From Ascidiella aspersa (lineage: Eukaryota), in NCBI GenBank assembly GCA_963924565.1, contig OZ004608.1:33418001-33482000 (forward strand): DNA of 64,000 bases, in the 5' to 3' direction. Below, piece by piece: positions 37,097 to 52,000 of this stretch (position 1 is the first letter of the stretch; every line of letters starts with the position of its first letter). The position numbers were made by a program, and so were the translations under genes. The notes below the pieces were generated by a model that made no database searches, was not told the DNA's origin, and saw only the letters and a list, made by a program, of their open reading frames with translations.

Positions 37097-40000
37097 TCAG
37101 GGGGGTCCTCGCAGCGTGACACTACCCTCTCCTTCGGCCAGTACGAGGGGGGCCGCCATGTAGTACTCCATCATACTGCAAACAGACGAGAAGGTTCTCT
37201 CGTTCACCTGTAATTAGCCAACGGAAGCGCGTTATCGCACGTTTCATAACGACAGTGATCTATTTATCTCGTTTTATAGCAAACTTATAGTGAAACTACA
37301 GGGGTTTCTGATACTTTATATTCTATTCCGATACCGATACACAAAATTTTAGACCAAATGTATCGCGTTCCAATCCGATAGCAATGACGTCATTGCTATG
37401 CTCCAACAAGGAAAATAGGTGAAATTGAAACACTCAAAAGCAGTGATTCTCAACCTTTTTTAGAGCAAGAGCCGCATTTCAAACCTAAGGTTTGCAAGGA
37501 GCCGCATAAAAAAAAACAACAGTAGGCATATAATTATAAAACATTGAGAAAGCAACTAGAAAACAACAAATATACATTACGCTAGCCTAGGCTAACTAAT
37601 TAGCAGTGTTTGCCATAGCTTGTCGATCAGGACTAAATATATTGTGACGTAACAAATCACAAAATTATTTTAAAGAGCCGGATGGAAGTACCCGGTAACA
37701 TTAGTACTTCGTACTCGGGATCCTTGCTGATACAATTCATTAATTCTTGATTTCTCTTACTTACTTTGTTGCAATTCTGCTACTTCTAACTAATTTTTCA
37801 CTCGGTTAGAGAGCCGCAAAATGTTCAGTTGAGAGCCGCGGTTGAGAATCACTGCTCAAAAGCCTATTTTTTAGGTTTTAGGGCAAAATTTTGCTTTTAA
37901 GGTTAAGAAGTTTAGTTTCCTCCAGGTGTTAACCCACTATAATTTTTTTGTCTACAATCAGGCCCGATCCTCAATATATTATTTCGACACTGATAGTAAA
38001 ATTTCGACTGTGAAATCAGTTAACAACGTTATTACAAAGGTCAAATAAGTAAAATTGTTGCAAATAAAACGTGCGAAAAAAAGTGTATTATTGAGTAGGA
38101 TACGTTCAAAAAATGAAGTAGGTTTCAGTTGTTATGCTTTAGGTTCTTTACGAATTACCTTCACACCCACAAAACACTACTGTGGATCGTTAGGCATGGC
38201 TTCAATAACTATATAATCCAAATTGAGGATCTGAAACTCGGACAACTTAGTACGGTATAGCATCTCGGTTTCGAATTGAGCCTTAATTTCACGTTTTAGA
38301 AAGTTAATTACAGGTTTTCACTTAGCTTGTCGGTAAGGTTTGCCTAAATACTAGTTTATACTAACACATAAGAAGATAATGACCACAGTATTACCATGTT
38401 ATAAATATAGCTAAATTGAGTTATTACATTTTACAGCCAACCATTGTTACTTTAAATGCCTGTGGTTAACTCACTGTCAAATATGGACATGTAGCAGTCA
38501 GTGTTAAGTTATGGCTTTCTTAACTGCAATAAACGTGCCCAAACAAGGTAAAGATAAGCTTTGTCTTCGTAACTCACCTTTTTGGAGCCCAAGGCATACT
38601 GCTGGTCGGATCGCTTTCTGATCTGCAAGTTGAAGAACTTGGAGTTGGCGTAGGCGGTTAGGGAGAACGGGGTGTTCTGGCCCCGGCCCGGGCGCACCAG
38701 GAACGTCCCCTCCTGCAAAATGTAAAAACAGGATTGAGGCTTATATACGCAATAAGTTGTAAAGATTTTTAAAAGCGTATGGAGAGCGGCAGGTTGAATC
38801 TATCGCTGTAATAACAGCTTTGTATTAAGGTTGCACGGATAGCAATTTTGAAGGACTACTAAAAAATACGAACATCGTGTAACGGCATAGGCTGTGCTTA
38901 TTTTTTGTACTGCCCGTGAGGCTGGGAAACGTCGAGCAATGTTTAGTTTGAGATATTACTAAAATAACAGTAGATTTTAGTAAATGCGTATAAAAATTGG
39001 TTTGGAGTCGCCAGGTACAGTGACATGGCGTATGTTCTTTGCTTGGCCCCCACCCATAAATATGAAAAGTCTCGTAATTGCTGGTTTTAATTAGAAGCTT
39101 AAATGGACGAGCCTGTAACTTGTGTATCGAGAGATTAAAAAAGATTTTTTTTTACGATGGCTCCTTGAGAAAACGCTTGGTTGATTTACGTTTGGGCCAC
39201 AAAAATAGATTTATAGTTGAATAAACCAACCAAACCCAACCACAAATTTACAAGCGAGTACAAAACGAGCTAGGAAATTTCGATAACAAAATAAAATTTT
39301 ATTCTTATACAAATACGTGGCCATAACGTGGTTAACCCAGTTTCCTCTTAATTTTACCCTCCGTTGAACAAGTAAATGTACGATTACGTTTTACTGTTCG
39401 CCTTCTCCTTGCTTAACGGTATGTTTACACAGATTATACAACCTATAGGCTCACTTTTTACGACACATAATTTGTTTTCATGTGATTATTTTGGTCAGGT
39501 CAACGCAAGCCCCGATTTACGTGTATTTTTCTCATTAATGTTTTCTATTAAAATCGGGAAAATGTCATATAGGCCAAACTCTGACACGAAGGGTGGCTAT
39601 TCTTTATACAACGTTTCCCGTACAGACAAAAATAATCAAAGCAAAGATACGTCCGTTTAATGACCACAACGCGTTTTTCTTTTTTTTTAAAACGTTTATT
39701 TTTCACTTTGCTTGTGCAAAGATTAAGTACTTAACCCTGTCTATTAGACAGTTCATTATAGGTGTTTTAGTTCCCGATGAAGGTTTAAAATCACGTTGAA
39801 ATGAAAAAGTGACCAAAGGTGAAAGTTGGCCAACAAAACGAACACAACGTTTCCTAATTAAGTTCGTAATTATTTCCCATTGCCATGCAAAGTCTGTTAA
39901 TACATAAAGTTCCATAAATTATTGTCTAAAAATTTCTAAAAAAGGTCGACAGTGCCACTATTTGCTCCATATGTGTCGGCCGTCTCGCGTTTAAACGTGT

Positions 40001-43000
40001 GCGACGTATATACGTACTTTGACGGATCGATAGCCTCGCTTTTTTACGTCACCATGAGTGTTAGGAGCGACGCCTGGACCAACAAACAGTTTCGCTTTGG
40101 CTTGTGACGAGCGCTGAGGTCAGCTGTTAAGCCGTTTGGTTGATAAACGGCTAGGAACTGTTCTCCTCGATGCGCTGAGAGACGGGAATGCGAGATTTTT
40201 TGCACAATGTGTATGCGAAACTATGCAAAAAATGTGCGCACATTTTAAAATGCCCTGAAAAATGTGCTCACTTTTTTCAAGGTTTGCGCACATTTTAAAA
40301 TGCTTTCAGAAATGAGCGCACTTTTCAGAATGTAAAACAACCTCTACTTATTAACTTATTGTCTCTTAATCTTATTATAACTCAAAATGTGCGCACATTT
40401 TTAAAGGTATGTTAAGATATGCGGACATTCTTGTAAAAAGTAAGTATATTTTTAAAGGCATGTTAAGATGAGCGCACATTCTTGTAAAAAGTAAGTATAT
40501 TTTTAAAGGCATGTTAAGATGTGCGCACATTCTTGTAAAAAGTAAGTATATTTTTAAAGGCATGTTAAGATGTGCGCACATTCTTGTAAAAAGTAAGTAT
40601 ATTTTTAAAGGCATGTTAAGATGTGCGCACATTCTTGTAAAAAGTAAGTATATTTTTAAAGGCATGTTAAGATGTGCGCACATTCTTGTAAAAAGTAAGT
40701 ACATTTTTCAGCGCAATTTAAAATGTGCGCACATTCTTGTAAAAAGTAAGTACATTTTTCAGCGCAATTTAAAATGTGCGCACATTCTTGTAAAAAGTAA
40801 GTATATTTTTAAAGGCATGTTAAGATGTGCGCACATTCTTGTAAAAAGTAAGTGCATTTTTAAAGGCATGTTAAGATGTGCGCACATTCTTGTAAAAAGC
40901 AAGTACATTTTTCAGGGCAATTTAAAATGTGCGCACATTCTTGTAAAAAGTAAGTATATTTTTAAAGGCATGTTAAGATGTGCGCACATTCTTGTAAAAA
41001 GTAAGTATATTTTTAAAGGCATGTTAAGATGTGCGCACATTCTTGTAAAAAGTAAGTATATTTTTAAAGGCATGTTAAGATGTGCGCACATTCTTGTAAA
41101 AAGTAAGTACATTTTTAAAGGCATGTTAAGATGTGCGCACATTCGTGTAAAAAGTAAGTACATTTTTCAGGGCAGTTTAAAATGTGCGCACATTCTTGTA
41201 AAAAGTAAGTACATTTTAAAAGGATGTTAAGATGTGCGCACATTCTTGTAAAAAGTAAGTGCATTTTTAAAGGCATGTTAAGATGTGCGCACATTTTTTG
41301 CACATTTTCGCGTGCACATTGTGCAAAACAACGCCACGTCCCCTGTTGTTAGTCGGGGCATGTTTTGTTGGCTTGGTAGTTCGGTTGTGTCATTGAACTG
41401 GATTTTAAACGGCGGCGCTTAATAAGAAATCGTTTCTGACGGGAGGGCTCGCATCAAGCCTGGTACAAAAGACTTGCAAGAGTCACCATTAGGGAATGTC
41501 CGATACTTGGCTTTTTATTCTGACACCATTACCCGATATTTTAGACAAGAAATATCGCGGTCCGATTCCAAATGACGTCATTGCTATGCTCAAACAAGCA
41601 AAACGATGAAATTGAAACGTTCAAAAGTATTTTTTTCGGTCTATTATTGCAAAATGTGCTGTAGTGTTAAGTTGTTTAGTTACTTCAAGTTGGCAACCTA
41701 TTAAGTTTTGACAAATTTACCTTTAAAGGTAGAATCTATGTATTGGATTGCAAATCATGTATGAAATTGTTCTTTAATTTGGTATCGGATCGGCACCGAT
41801 ACCATCCTAATATCGCCTAGTACCGATTTTAGCACTTGGTATCGGGTATCGGCTCAGATCCGATATTATCGGACATCCGAATAGTCACCAACTTGCGCTT
41901 CAAGAGAGAGAAGTTATCCGGAAATTCGCTTTTACTTAAAAAAAATAAGTTTCTCTACATAAAAAAAATGATAATAATAGCAACTGAGAAATTGAGCCAA
42001 CATTGTTTCTTCAAATATTTTAATCCCGAACGTGTACCCGTTAAAAAGCTGCGTTGCGCGTTTAACGCGTTTGAAATCGAAGGTGGAAAACGAATACCAT
42101 ACACGAGCTATACATAGCAAAGGGACTTTCAGTAGCTAATGTTTCCCTCCGAGTTAGAAAATTGAAATTAAAGTCAAATGCCTCGTGTTTGGTTTCGTGT
42201 TGTTTCAAGTTACGTCGGTACTGTGATTTTCCCAAACCATTGAGGTCAGAAAATCGGCTTAGTTATCGACACACGAGTAAGCGATACTGCTGTGCATACA
42301 TACGATAAACATACTATATACTTGTTTGCGAAACTGCTCTGATTAAATTCAAGCATCTCATTTCGTAACCGAACTCGAACTAATTCGTCGGAATACAAAG
42401 CACTGAAATTGCGGAAGTATTTTAAAAAATGTATTGTACACCGTTGTTTAGGTAGATAAGGCCGGTTCTCAATTTACTTTACGCTTTTGTTTCGCGATTC
42501 ATTTGTAATGCGATAGTTCAATAAGGTAAAGCTGAATGTTCAATCACGCGTAAATGGAACCCATAAATAGAACAAAATCGGTCCTGACTGGATCAACCTC
42601 TCAAAAGATACTGGATCAACCTCTAGAAAAAATCCCCCCCCCCCCCAAAAAAAAAAAACATTTTCAATTTATTAGTAATGAGATCTTTCGAAGGGGCAAA
42701 GCTAAGGTGAATTTAAGCAGCTTTAACTCTGTTCGGAAATTCAGGATGTCTGACAATATCAGATCGTAGCCGATGCCAGATGCCATTCGTCCGATACTAG
42801 GGTGGTATCGCTGACAATCCGATAAACAAATAATTTCAGCATTTCAGTCACGGTTAGCGATCTAGCTGAGCGCATTTCACTTTGAAAGGTATTTTTGTTT
42901 GAAACAATAAAGTTGACCAAGCTTCTCAGCGTTAAAGCAACGTTTTGCTTAACATTTGCACGTTTCAAACTTGATCAATAGTAATGACATCACTTGGCAT

Positions 43001-46000
43001 CGGATCAACCCTGCATTTACCCAAAATATCGGCAATAGATATCATAATAAAATAGGAAGTATCGTACATTCTTAGTACAAATAAAAAAAACGCGAGACCC
43101 GACTAAATATATCGCCAGAAATACAAATTGATTTACGCAGGTCTTACATTTGCAGCTATAACGTACAGTGTACTTTGCTAATATCATGTCGGACAACCCT
43201 TGTACGAATTAAAAAAAAAACGGCTGGGCCAACTAAATGTATCGCTGGAAATGCATCAAAAATGATATACGCAGGCCTGCCGTTTGCAACTTCAACGTAC
43301 AGTGTACGTTGCTAATACCATAAAAATCATCACTAAAACAAACAAACAGTAGGAAGTAGCACAGCTCTGGGCGGTTGATCATCGCAGGTATTGACGTACA
43401 CCTTTGGCGTGATGCACTGCGCGGTTAAGTCGGTGCAAAACACACACGAGGAAGTATATTCGCTGTGCAGGAGATCTATGTGCATGCTGGCACTGCTGGT
43501 AAGGCTCAATGTAATTTACAGTCACCGTTCTGTGATTTAAATTGTTCAGTTCATGGAAACTAATTTTGCAATAAATATGTGATTTCAATCACCTTGACCC
43601 TTGAAAAATAAATTTCGATCTCAAAACCTGATCAGTAACAAAATCAGGAAAGTAACAAAATTCTGCCTAATTAAAGATACACTGTGTTAAATTTGGAATG
43701 TTTTTTTTGTAAACAACAATAAGTTTTGTAAATAACAATGCGCCATCTTAATGTTCCAGTTTTGAGGGTTTAACTTACTCAAAGGGGTTTAAAGTTTAAT
43801 GCATTTAATTATTTATATCAATTTTAAACCAATATTTTGCAATATTAAAGACCCAAGATGTATGAGTCAGATAACTAATTGATTGGGTCGTACAAAACTG
43901 AACTTAATTCTCTTGTTTGCGTATCCATAGCATTATCATCACTAAACAGCTTTTATCGCAGATCATTTCTTACAAAAAACGACCTAAGTACAATCGTTTT
44001 CCTAAATAAAATCACTTCCTCGTACACATTTAGGTGACGGCAAATGGAAAATATTCGCCAAGCATCATATCACAGTTGACTAATTTAAGAGACCGTTCAG
44101 CTCCCACTAATTATAACAGATAGTGTTCAGTTGACGACTTGACCTAATTGTACTTAAGTCACCTGTTTACAATAACTTGACTTTTCGATAATTGACTTCA
44201 CTTGGAGTTAAGTCATTGTGTCTAAGAACTGTGGCTAAAATTACATGCTTTCATTGAATATGTTTTTAAATAAAATTATGGCAGTGACTTGACTTAAAAT
44301 TAATTTGCTTGGCAACTGAAGACTTGAACAGTGTCTTGACTTGTAATTTTTTGCAAAGACTTAATTAAGTTATTTCAAAATAACTTGACTGGAGCTTAAA
44401 TCATTTCAAAACGACCTGCTTAGAACCCTGGCAATAGTAACAGGAATTCAACTATAATATGAAAAAAATTAAGCTGACTAGTTACGATATTGATTGCTGT
44501 GCTGGTATTTTGGGAGTCGGTAAATTAAAAAACATGCGCTACTCTACGCCAGTGTCTTCTTGAAACTATATGTAGCACAGAAAAACATACAAAGAAACTC
44601 ACGATGCAGGATTGTTCGATTTGTTTGGTGGCCTGCTCGCGGGTCACGCTCGCAAACCAAGGCTGGTCTTCTACCACATTCGAAGAGCTTGTGTTGCCTT
44701 GTGAGGTAGGGGGCATTTGTGGTGCCGGTGCTGAAATAAACACGCAAAGCTTGACTATTTGTTTTTGCATCTTGAAGCCCCCTCTTTTAGCTAGCCTATA
44801 ATAGGCTTCTTAAGTTTTTCAAAAACTGTACTAGAAAACCGTTTGCATGGATAATTATTATTATAGAACAGCATAGTTAAGAGACACCTTCACAAGCACG
44901 CGTTTTTGTGCATTCAATTATTGTTTCGAATAATTCTTTATTAATTTATTCATTGTTCAAACTAAAGATCAAACAGGAGTGTTTGTTCGGTGTCGGATCG
45001 GCAGTGTTGTGAAAACTTTTAAATGACTTGACTAACGTGCACTTCGATCACTGCATTCATTGGCTTGATTTGACTTAAGTGTTTGTGGCAAAATTACTTC
45101 AATTGACCAACGACTTTTGGGAAAAGTGACTTGGCTTGACAAAGACTTAAGTGTTTGTGGCAAAATTACTTCAATTGACCAACGACTTTTGGGAAAAGTG
45201 ACTTGGCTTGACAAAAGTCTTTCAACCAAAATAACTTAACTTGACCTAGGTCTTTTGGACCAAACACTTTACTTAGACTTTTATGTCATTGTGTTAAATG
45301 AATTGGTTTAAAATCAAGTGTTTTTATTAAACATTTTCAAACTGGTTGTATTTTTGTTATTTTTAGTTGAGTTATGGACTCTACAAAACGTCATTGACTT
45401 GACTTGAAGTTAACTTACTTTCATAATGATTTGGCTATGGTAACAATAAGAAACGGACTGGGACTTGACTTCTCATTGAAGGCAAAAGGCTTGAATTGAA
45501 CCAAAGTTACTTGGCAAACGACTTGACTTGGGATTTCAATCATTTTCAAAACGCTTATAACACTGCAGATCGGCACCTATACCACCCAGTCGTGGACACG
45601 GACTGATACAACACACGCGTATACTTAGAAAGTGCAAGGCAACCTTGTATCTTAGTTTACAAAGCCTCGGCACCTAACCCGTCGGCAAATATTTGCCCAA
45701 GGGCGAAAAAACAAACAGACAAAAAATCGGAGTTAGCTTAACCGGTTTGATTTCGCAAACCGCATCAAGTTAAACGCCAAGGCTTAGTAAAAGCATGCAA
45801 AAAACGTAAGCGCATGCCTTGGTGCAGTGGTTCTCAACCGGGGTGCCGCGACACCCTGGGGTGCCATTTCCAATGCCCAAGTGTACCAAGAGATACATTT
45901 TCTAATCCCCAAGGTTGCCAAGAGACAAGTTTTTTGTGTAAGAGTAGAGTGGAATAAATCCAATTGTAACTTCCTACGCTGTATAGAGTTGATGTGCGTT

Positions 46001-49000
46001 GATCCAGCTCATTCTAGTAATTTATCTACGGAAAAATCCATGGCGCTGAAATTTATTTATTATTTCCAAGGGGCGCCGCAAACCATAAAAAGGTTGAGAA
46101 CCACTGTCTTAGTGTTATATCAGGGTAAGGGTAATGATGCTTTTGCACGAGGACCGCATAGCAAAAATCAAGAAAACAAACATAATTACAGGCGGCGGGC
46201 GGCGGGACGCTCCACTTTGACGGGGACCGCAGGTTGCTCGAGTTGCTCTGGGGCAAATTCTTGATAGCCGTGTCCTCATAAGAGGGCATTTTTCGTTTGG
46301 GAACAGGAAAGTTCTGCTGGTGCATTCCGGGCCCGAAAAAGTCCGGCTTCAGGCCCTGACTGGGCCTTCTTTCACCCTGCTGCTGATGCTGCTGGGGGGT
46401 TGGGGGGTATCCTGGGCTGGGGGGGTTTCGCCCACTGATTGGCCCCCTGCCCAGGCGCATCTGGGACAGCTCGGAAACCAGGGACGAGGTAACTAAGGGA
46501 GACACGGTGTGTGTTTTGGGGGTGTTTTTTCCATTATTTTCAGAATAAATTATAATAAAATATATTTTTAGGGGCGTTTTTAAATTGTTTTTTTTTTAAA
46601 TAAATTATAAGCAAATATATATATATATATTTTTTTTTCATTATTTATAGATCTTTTTAAAACATATTTTCTGGGGGATGTTTTTACAATAATTTTGCAT
46701 GGTTGGCGGCGGATCTTTCTGTTTCAAATTTTGGCGTTGTTTTTAGTTTTTGGGGGCGTGGGAAATAATTATCGGTCAATGTATGACACAGGAACAATTT
46801 TGGGTGTTCTGGTTTTAAAGGTATTTTCTGATATTTACCACCACGCTACCCAAGTTATGTTGTAGGTTTAATTTTACCGTAAACTTTTGAGTGAAACATC
46901 CAACTCTGACGTTTCGCAAAAGACAGGCGAAAAATTTTGTGGTAAAATCGGCCGGAATCGGTGTCACCCCTTGTGTATCAAGCATTTTCGAATTCGACCG
47001 AAAAAATCAACCGCCAACTCAAGCAATCAATAAAAAAACAAGTATTAGATTCATAAAAAATGATAGTAACGAAGACAGACACGAACAAAAACGTCAGTTA
47101 AACTTCGGCACAGGGTACTGATGGAATCGCAAAGTACTCAGTGCTGGTTTAATAACAAAACGAGTAAAAGGCATGCTCGGAGCAGAACTTCAAACTGCCC
47201 GAATTCCAGTTATAAGAGTCGTAAGTGCCTTGGCGGTGATTGTTTTTCACACCGCGGCGGCCTTTACGCGAGAGAAGTTAATTAGTAAGAAAAACAACGA
47301 TTAGTTAGCTTCGAACGCCGAACAGACTTATACAAGCAACCCTTGTGGGTTCTTACCTTCGCTGCTGGGGGTCGGTGGGTTGTAGGAGGGGGCCGCCATG
47401 GGGGGCATTCGCGGCATGTTTGGTGGATCCCTAGAAAAGGGAAAAAAGAATAATCAAGTTTTAGCCGCGTGTTTGCTGGTTCGTGTTAAATGTATGTAGA
47501 TTGTAGGCCTACTATTTTTTGAGCAAAACTATGTATTTAGACTGCAACATCTAACTCTATAGCGATTCGAGAAAGACATGAAAAAATTATGTATTTAGAC
47601 CGATTGACCACGAACATAATATTAATGCTGTTTTTAGGTACTTTTGTCACCCAAAGATAGATTATTTATAACATTCTATTGCTGTGCATCACTAAAACTA
47701 CAAGTATGCTTTTTCAACCAGCAAAGTTTTTTTTTTCATTTTTAGAAATCTTCTTTCGAATAAAAAATAGTTTATGTATACATTCTGGCGCCTTTAGCGT
47801 ACAAAAGTGGCATGCTGTACATTTTAACAAGAACTTACACATTTCAGCTTGAAAACAATTTACATTTGCAAGTCGGTTGGTTAATCGATAGTAGCGCGGG
47901 GAATCATAAAAAACGATCCATTTGCATATCTTTAAGTCTTAAATTAAACGGTTGTGAACGAAGGTCGGATAGGATTCGAGCGTGTAAGTTTTTTTTTATA
48001 GGATTCGAGTGTGTAAGTTTTTTTTATTCGCACAGCTAAAACATGGTTGCAGACTCAAAATAAAAACCAGAACAATTTCTAGCCAACGCCGTTTGTAACA
48101 AGACCAAACACGACTAGAAAGATGAGCTGGACCAAGTGCAGTAGCATTTCGATCCACGTAAAATCCCATTCAATTTAAAAGCACGCTAATATAAGGATAT
48201 AAAAAATACTCTGTTGTGGCCAGGGTTTTTTTAAGGTTTGGTTTGGGTGACCACTCAGTAGTTTTAAGAGACCGCAAGTGTTTCATTTAAATACCAAAAA
48301 GTTGCAAGTCCAAAATTTGGGAAACCGCTGGAGAAATTTGAAAACACCTTAAAAAAAACACTGGTTGTGGCTATCCATAGGTCAGCCAATGATGTGAAGT
48401 CAGCAATTAAGACGTGGCAACATCCGATTTCGATTGTATTGTTTCAATTTAGGCTACCTTAAAATGACCTGAAGAGTATGCCTTGGTCTTTTTGTTTCTT
48501 ATGAATATAATGGAAGGATCTATATAGGGCAATAGGCCGCGCTCTATTGTCGGACATAAATCGACTTTTGAGCGGATCTTATACACACACACACGCGCGT
48601 ATTACCCGGAATTGTACGTCATCGAAATAGAAATCGTATTCTATGACGGTAAACTATTGTGGTCGTTCCCGAAAAAGACAGTGTAAATAAGGATATCCCA
48701 TAAGGGTGATTTATAAGAATACATAGCGTGTTTACAATTGTACGTGAACCTTATAGCATCCGGGGCAATTTAAAGCAAATATTTGCGATGCTATAAATTA
48801 AAAGGTGCTACGTTGAACGAAAACAGATTTTATTATATCGTTTTGATGACAATTTTATCTAGAACATTTCGCTGAATATTTTTATAAACCCGAGTTTATT
48901 TCTAATAATTATTACGGAATCCTTTTTTTTTTCATAGGACAAAGTACATTTGGTAAATAAAAAAAAATCAGCAAATAAAGAATTCTTTTAACAGGGGCAT

Positions 49001-52000
49001 TGTTGGAGTCCAAAATAAAAGAACTCTACCCTGGCCTTAAATAGTTGCTGACTTGTTTTGTAAGGTTTAAAATAGTTCATTTTACAAACCACAATTGTCA
49101 AAGAAAATGAGCAAAGTCCATTTTCTAGTCAAAAAATATCAGCGAACAAAGTGTAAGTTTATTTTAGCCGGACTCTTCGCATTGTGGACAGTTAAAAATA
49201 TTCTAGTTCCAAAGCCTCCGAAAATAGAGTTAAAATCTAATTAAATATGTGCGAAACTAGTTTTTAGTATAAATACGTGCTTACTAGAAAAACAAAAAAC
49301 AAACAGTGCCTCAAAAAAAGCTAATAGCGCAGTTGCCAGTCCAAGGTACAAACGACGACTCATCAGCGGTTGCTGCCTGCTACTGACGCGATCAACCGTG
49401 ACTCACGGTTCGTTACGTAGACGCTTACGTCACGAAACTGATGGCGCCAGGTTTTGACTTGCCAAAGCCGTCCAAAAATAACTTGAAAAAGCATTAACTT
49501 TAACGGCAAACATACAGAAGCCTTTACTTTGAAACGCGAACTGGTTTTAACCTTAACGCAAGGCTACTTGGGTTTTGGCGTATTTCAGCGGTATTTTAAC
49601 GCATATCTTGTGTTACGCTGTGAACCTTCATTGGATAAATGTTTCCTTGATAAGTATTCATCTTCAAGCTCACAGATCCGTGCGTACATAAATGTTTTCT
49701 CGCTACAAGCAAAAAGGTGCTTTAAATTGAACTATCGATCGGAAGAATGCTTATTTAGAAGTTATACAAATGCGGACGTGAGGTCTATCTCTGACCGACT
49801 TCGTGCAAAAGCAAAGCGCGATGATTGTGCTTTCGTCACTTGGTCACAACACGTTCCGGCGCTGTGATGTGCTCGGTATTACATCAGGCGCGTTTAGGTG
49901 TATTCCGCACGTAAGACGCAAATAAATTTCGGGAATTTTCGCCAAAGTGCAAACACACAACATACACAAAGACCTACTTTCTGATTTTGGGCTTGAACGG
50001 TGGCATCCCTATGTTCATCTTGGGAACCCCAATCGATGGACGGGGGCTTGGGGGCTCGAATTCGGGTTGGTCGTCGGGGCCGGACGAGCTGCTACCTGTA
50101 AAAGATACGGATAGATTGTTAGGATTTTCTGTGTGCAGGTCTGGACATAGGGTGTGGACAAGGCTTGATTAACCATTAGGCAATATAAGCACATGCTTTG
50201 GACATCCTGGTAAAAAGCGGGGCACCATAAAACAATAATTGTCGAATTTACATTATATTTGTTCTATACCCTAATCATTTTTAAGATAACGGACTTAATA
50301 AAGTGAAATTCGGGTAAAATAGGAGCAAATTTATAATATATACGTTATTGAAAAATAATATTTCGGTATCGACACGCAAAACATACAGGTCATTCCTATC
50401 CGTACAATTTACCTAAACAAAAGCCTCCTTAGCCTGGCAATTCCGACACAGCTAATGAAGTATATTTATAACTATATAATATACACAACAGCAACAGACT
50501 GCGATCTAAGCCAAAGCCACAACAGTCAACAAAATAACGAAAAAACGAAGGATTTTTCCACCTTGACTGCCAACGCGGCTCGGATAATGGCTTCCGTGTT
50601 TGGCGTCGAAGCTGTTTTGTCGCGATTCGAATCCACTGTCGTTGTTCTTACGATCCTTGAAGCTGGCATTGGGTGAGTGGTTGATGGTGGGGTATGTGGG
50701 GGTCGGTGGGTCCCTGCCTGGCATCTTGAAGCTCGTGTTGGGTGAGGGGACTTTGGAGCAACAAATTGGGAGTAAGATACGGGTATTCCTCGCGTTTTGG
50801 TGTTACAATTTGTGGCGATATAGTTTTACATCGACGCCCGTGCCTTATCATTAATAATAGTAATGAGAAAGAGGGATGTCCGACACCGATACCCATTTTT
50901 GGACAAGTATCGCGATGCCACATGGTACCAAATGACGTCAATATTATGATCAATAATCAAAATAAATAAAATTTAAGATTGATTCAAGGTTGTTAGGCCC
51001 AAATTTCCTTAAGCGTTAAAAAGTCTAGTTTCCTTAAGTTGTTAACCTTTTGTTTTGTTTTTTATAACTTTACTTTGCAAAGTAGAATAACTGCGAAATC
51101 ATGGCTAAAAAAATTCCTCTAATTTCCTAAAACAAATTGATATTCAGTAATTCATGCCCTGGTTTTAAAGGTTCGAGTAGGGCTTAAAAAATTTTTTTTC
51201 AAAGGTGTTAAACTTGATAAAATAGTAGTTTTTAAGACTGAAGTGTCAATGTTGAAAAAGTAGAATAATTGGAAACACACTTTGGCCTTCTTAATTTGTT
51301 TATTTCTTCACGTTGGGATTCGGGCTCATTTTTGCCCTAACTCAGTTCCAAATGTATTTTTGTAACATTTTTATTTGTATCTATATGATATAATATGCAC
51401 GGATCTGTAATGAAGTTATGAATAAATTTTTGCCCCAACTCTGGAACTAAATAGGAAACACCGATACCAACCTAGTAGCGGACTAGTAGCGATACTACCA
51501 CTTAGCATTGGGAATCGTTGCCCGTTTAACAACATCGGACATCCCTATAGTTATTGCCATTTGTACAAATGTTTCCCACGTCCATCTTAAATTGTTAGTT
51601 TGGGTTTAAATCTTATTTGAAAATAGCCAAAGGACTACAATGGCTAAAATGCACCCATTAGAACGCCTGTAGCCACAATAGTCATTAAACATTAATTGTT
51701 TTAAAGGCGTAGACCACAATTAACTGTAGTTCTGCTAGTTGTGGGTAGAAAGATATTATATGTTTATCGCAATATCATCCGAATAAATGTACAGGTATAC
51801 GGTTAAGAGTAGAATAATTAGAGAACAAATTAAAAGACAATAAATCAACCAAGTGTTGACCGCAATGGTGGCTTGTAAACCACAAAAAACAATAAAATAT
51901 GTAGGTGGAAACACAAACAAAACATACCTGCAGGTGGAGGCCTGAAAAACAAAGCAAACAACCATTAGTAAAAAAACAACACTTTAACAGCATCTTAAAT

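Noticed and set aside
40385-41293. Regular palindromic repeats resembling a CRISPR array, and 17-aa repeat ORFs on both strands (e.g. 40511-41230)
   Set aside because: Units are contiguous and near-identical with no unique spacers, there are no cas genes, and the context is a eukaryotic intron. The ORFs result from a stop-free 51-bp period.
45827-46264. 145-aa + strand ORF (similarly 26213-26527 and 41836-42117)
   Set aside because: These read through MITE sequence or antisense to real exons and contain no transposase motifs.
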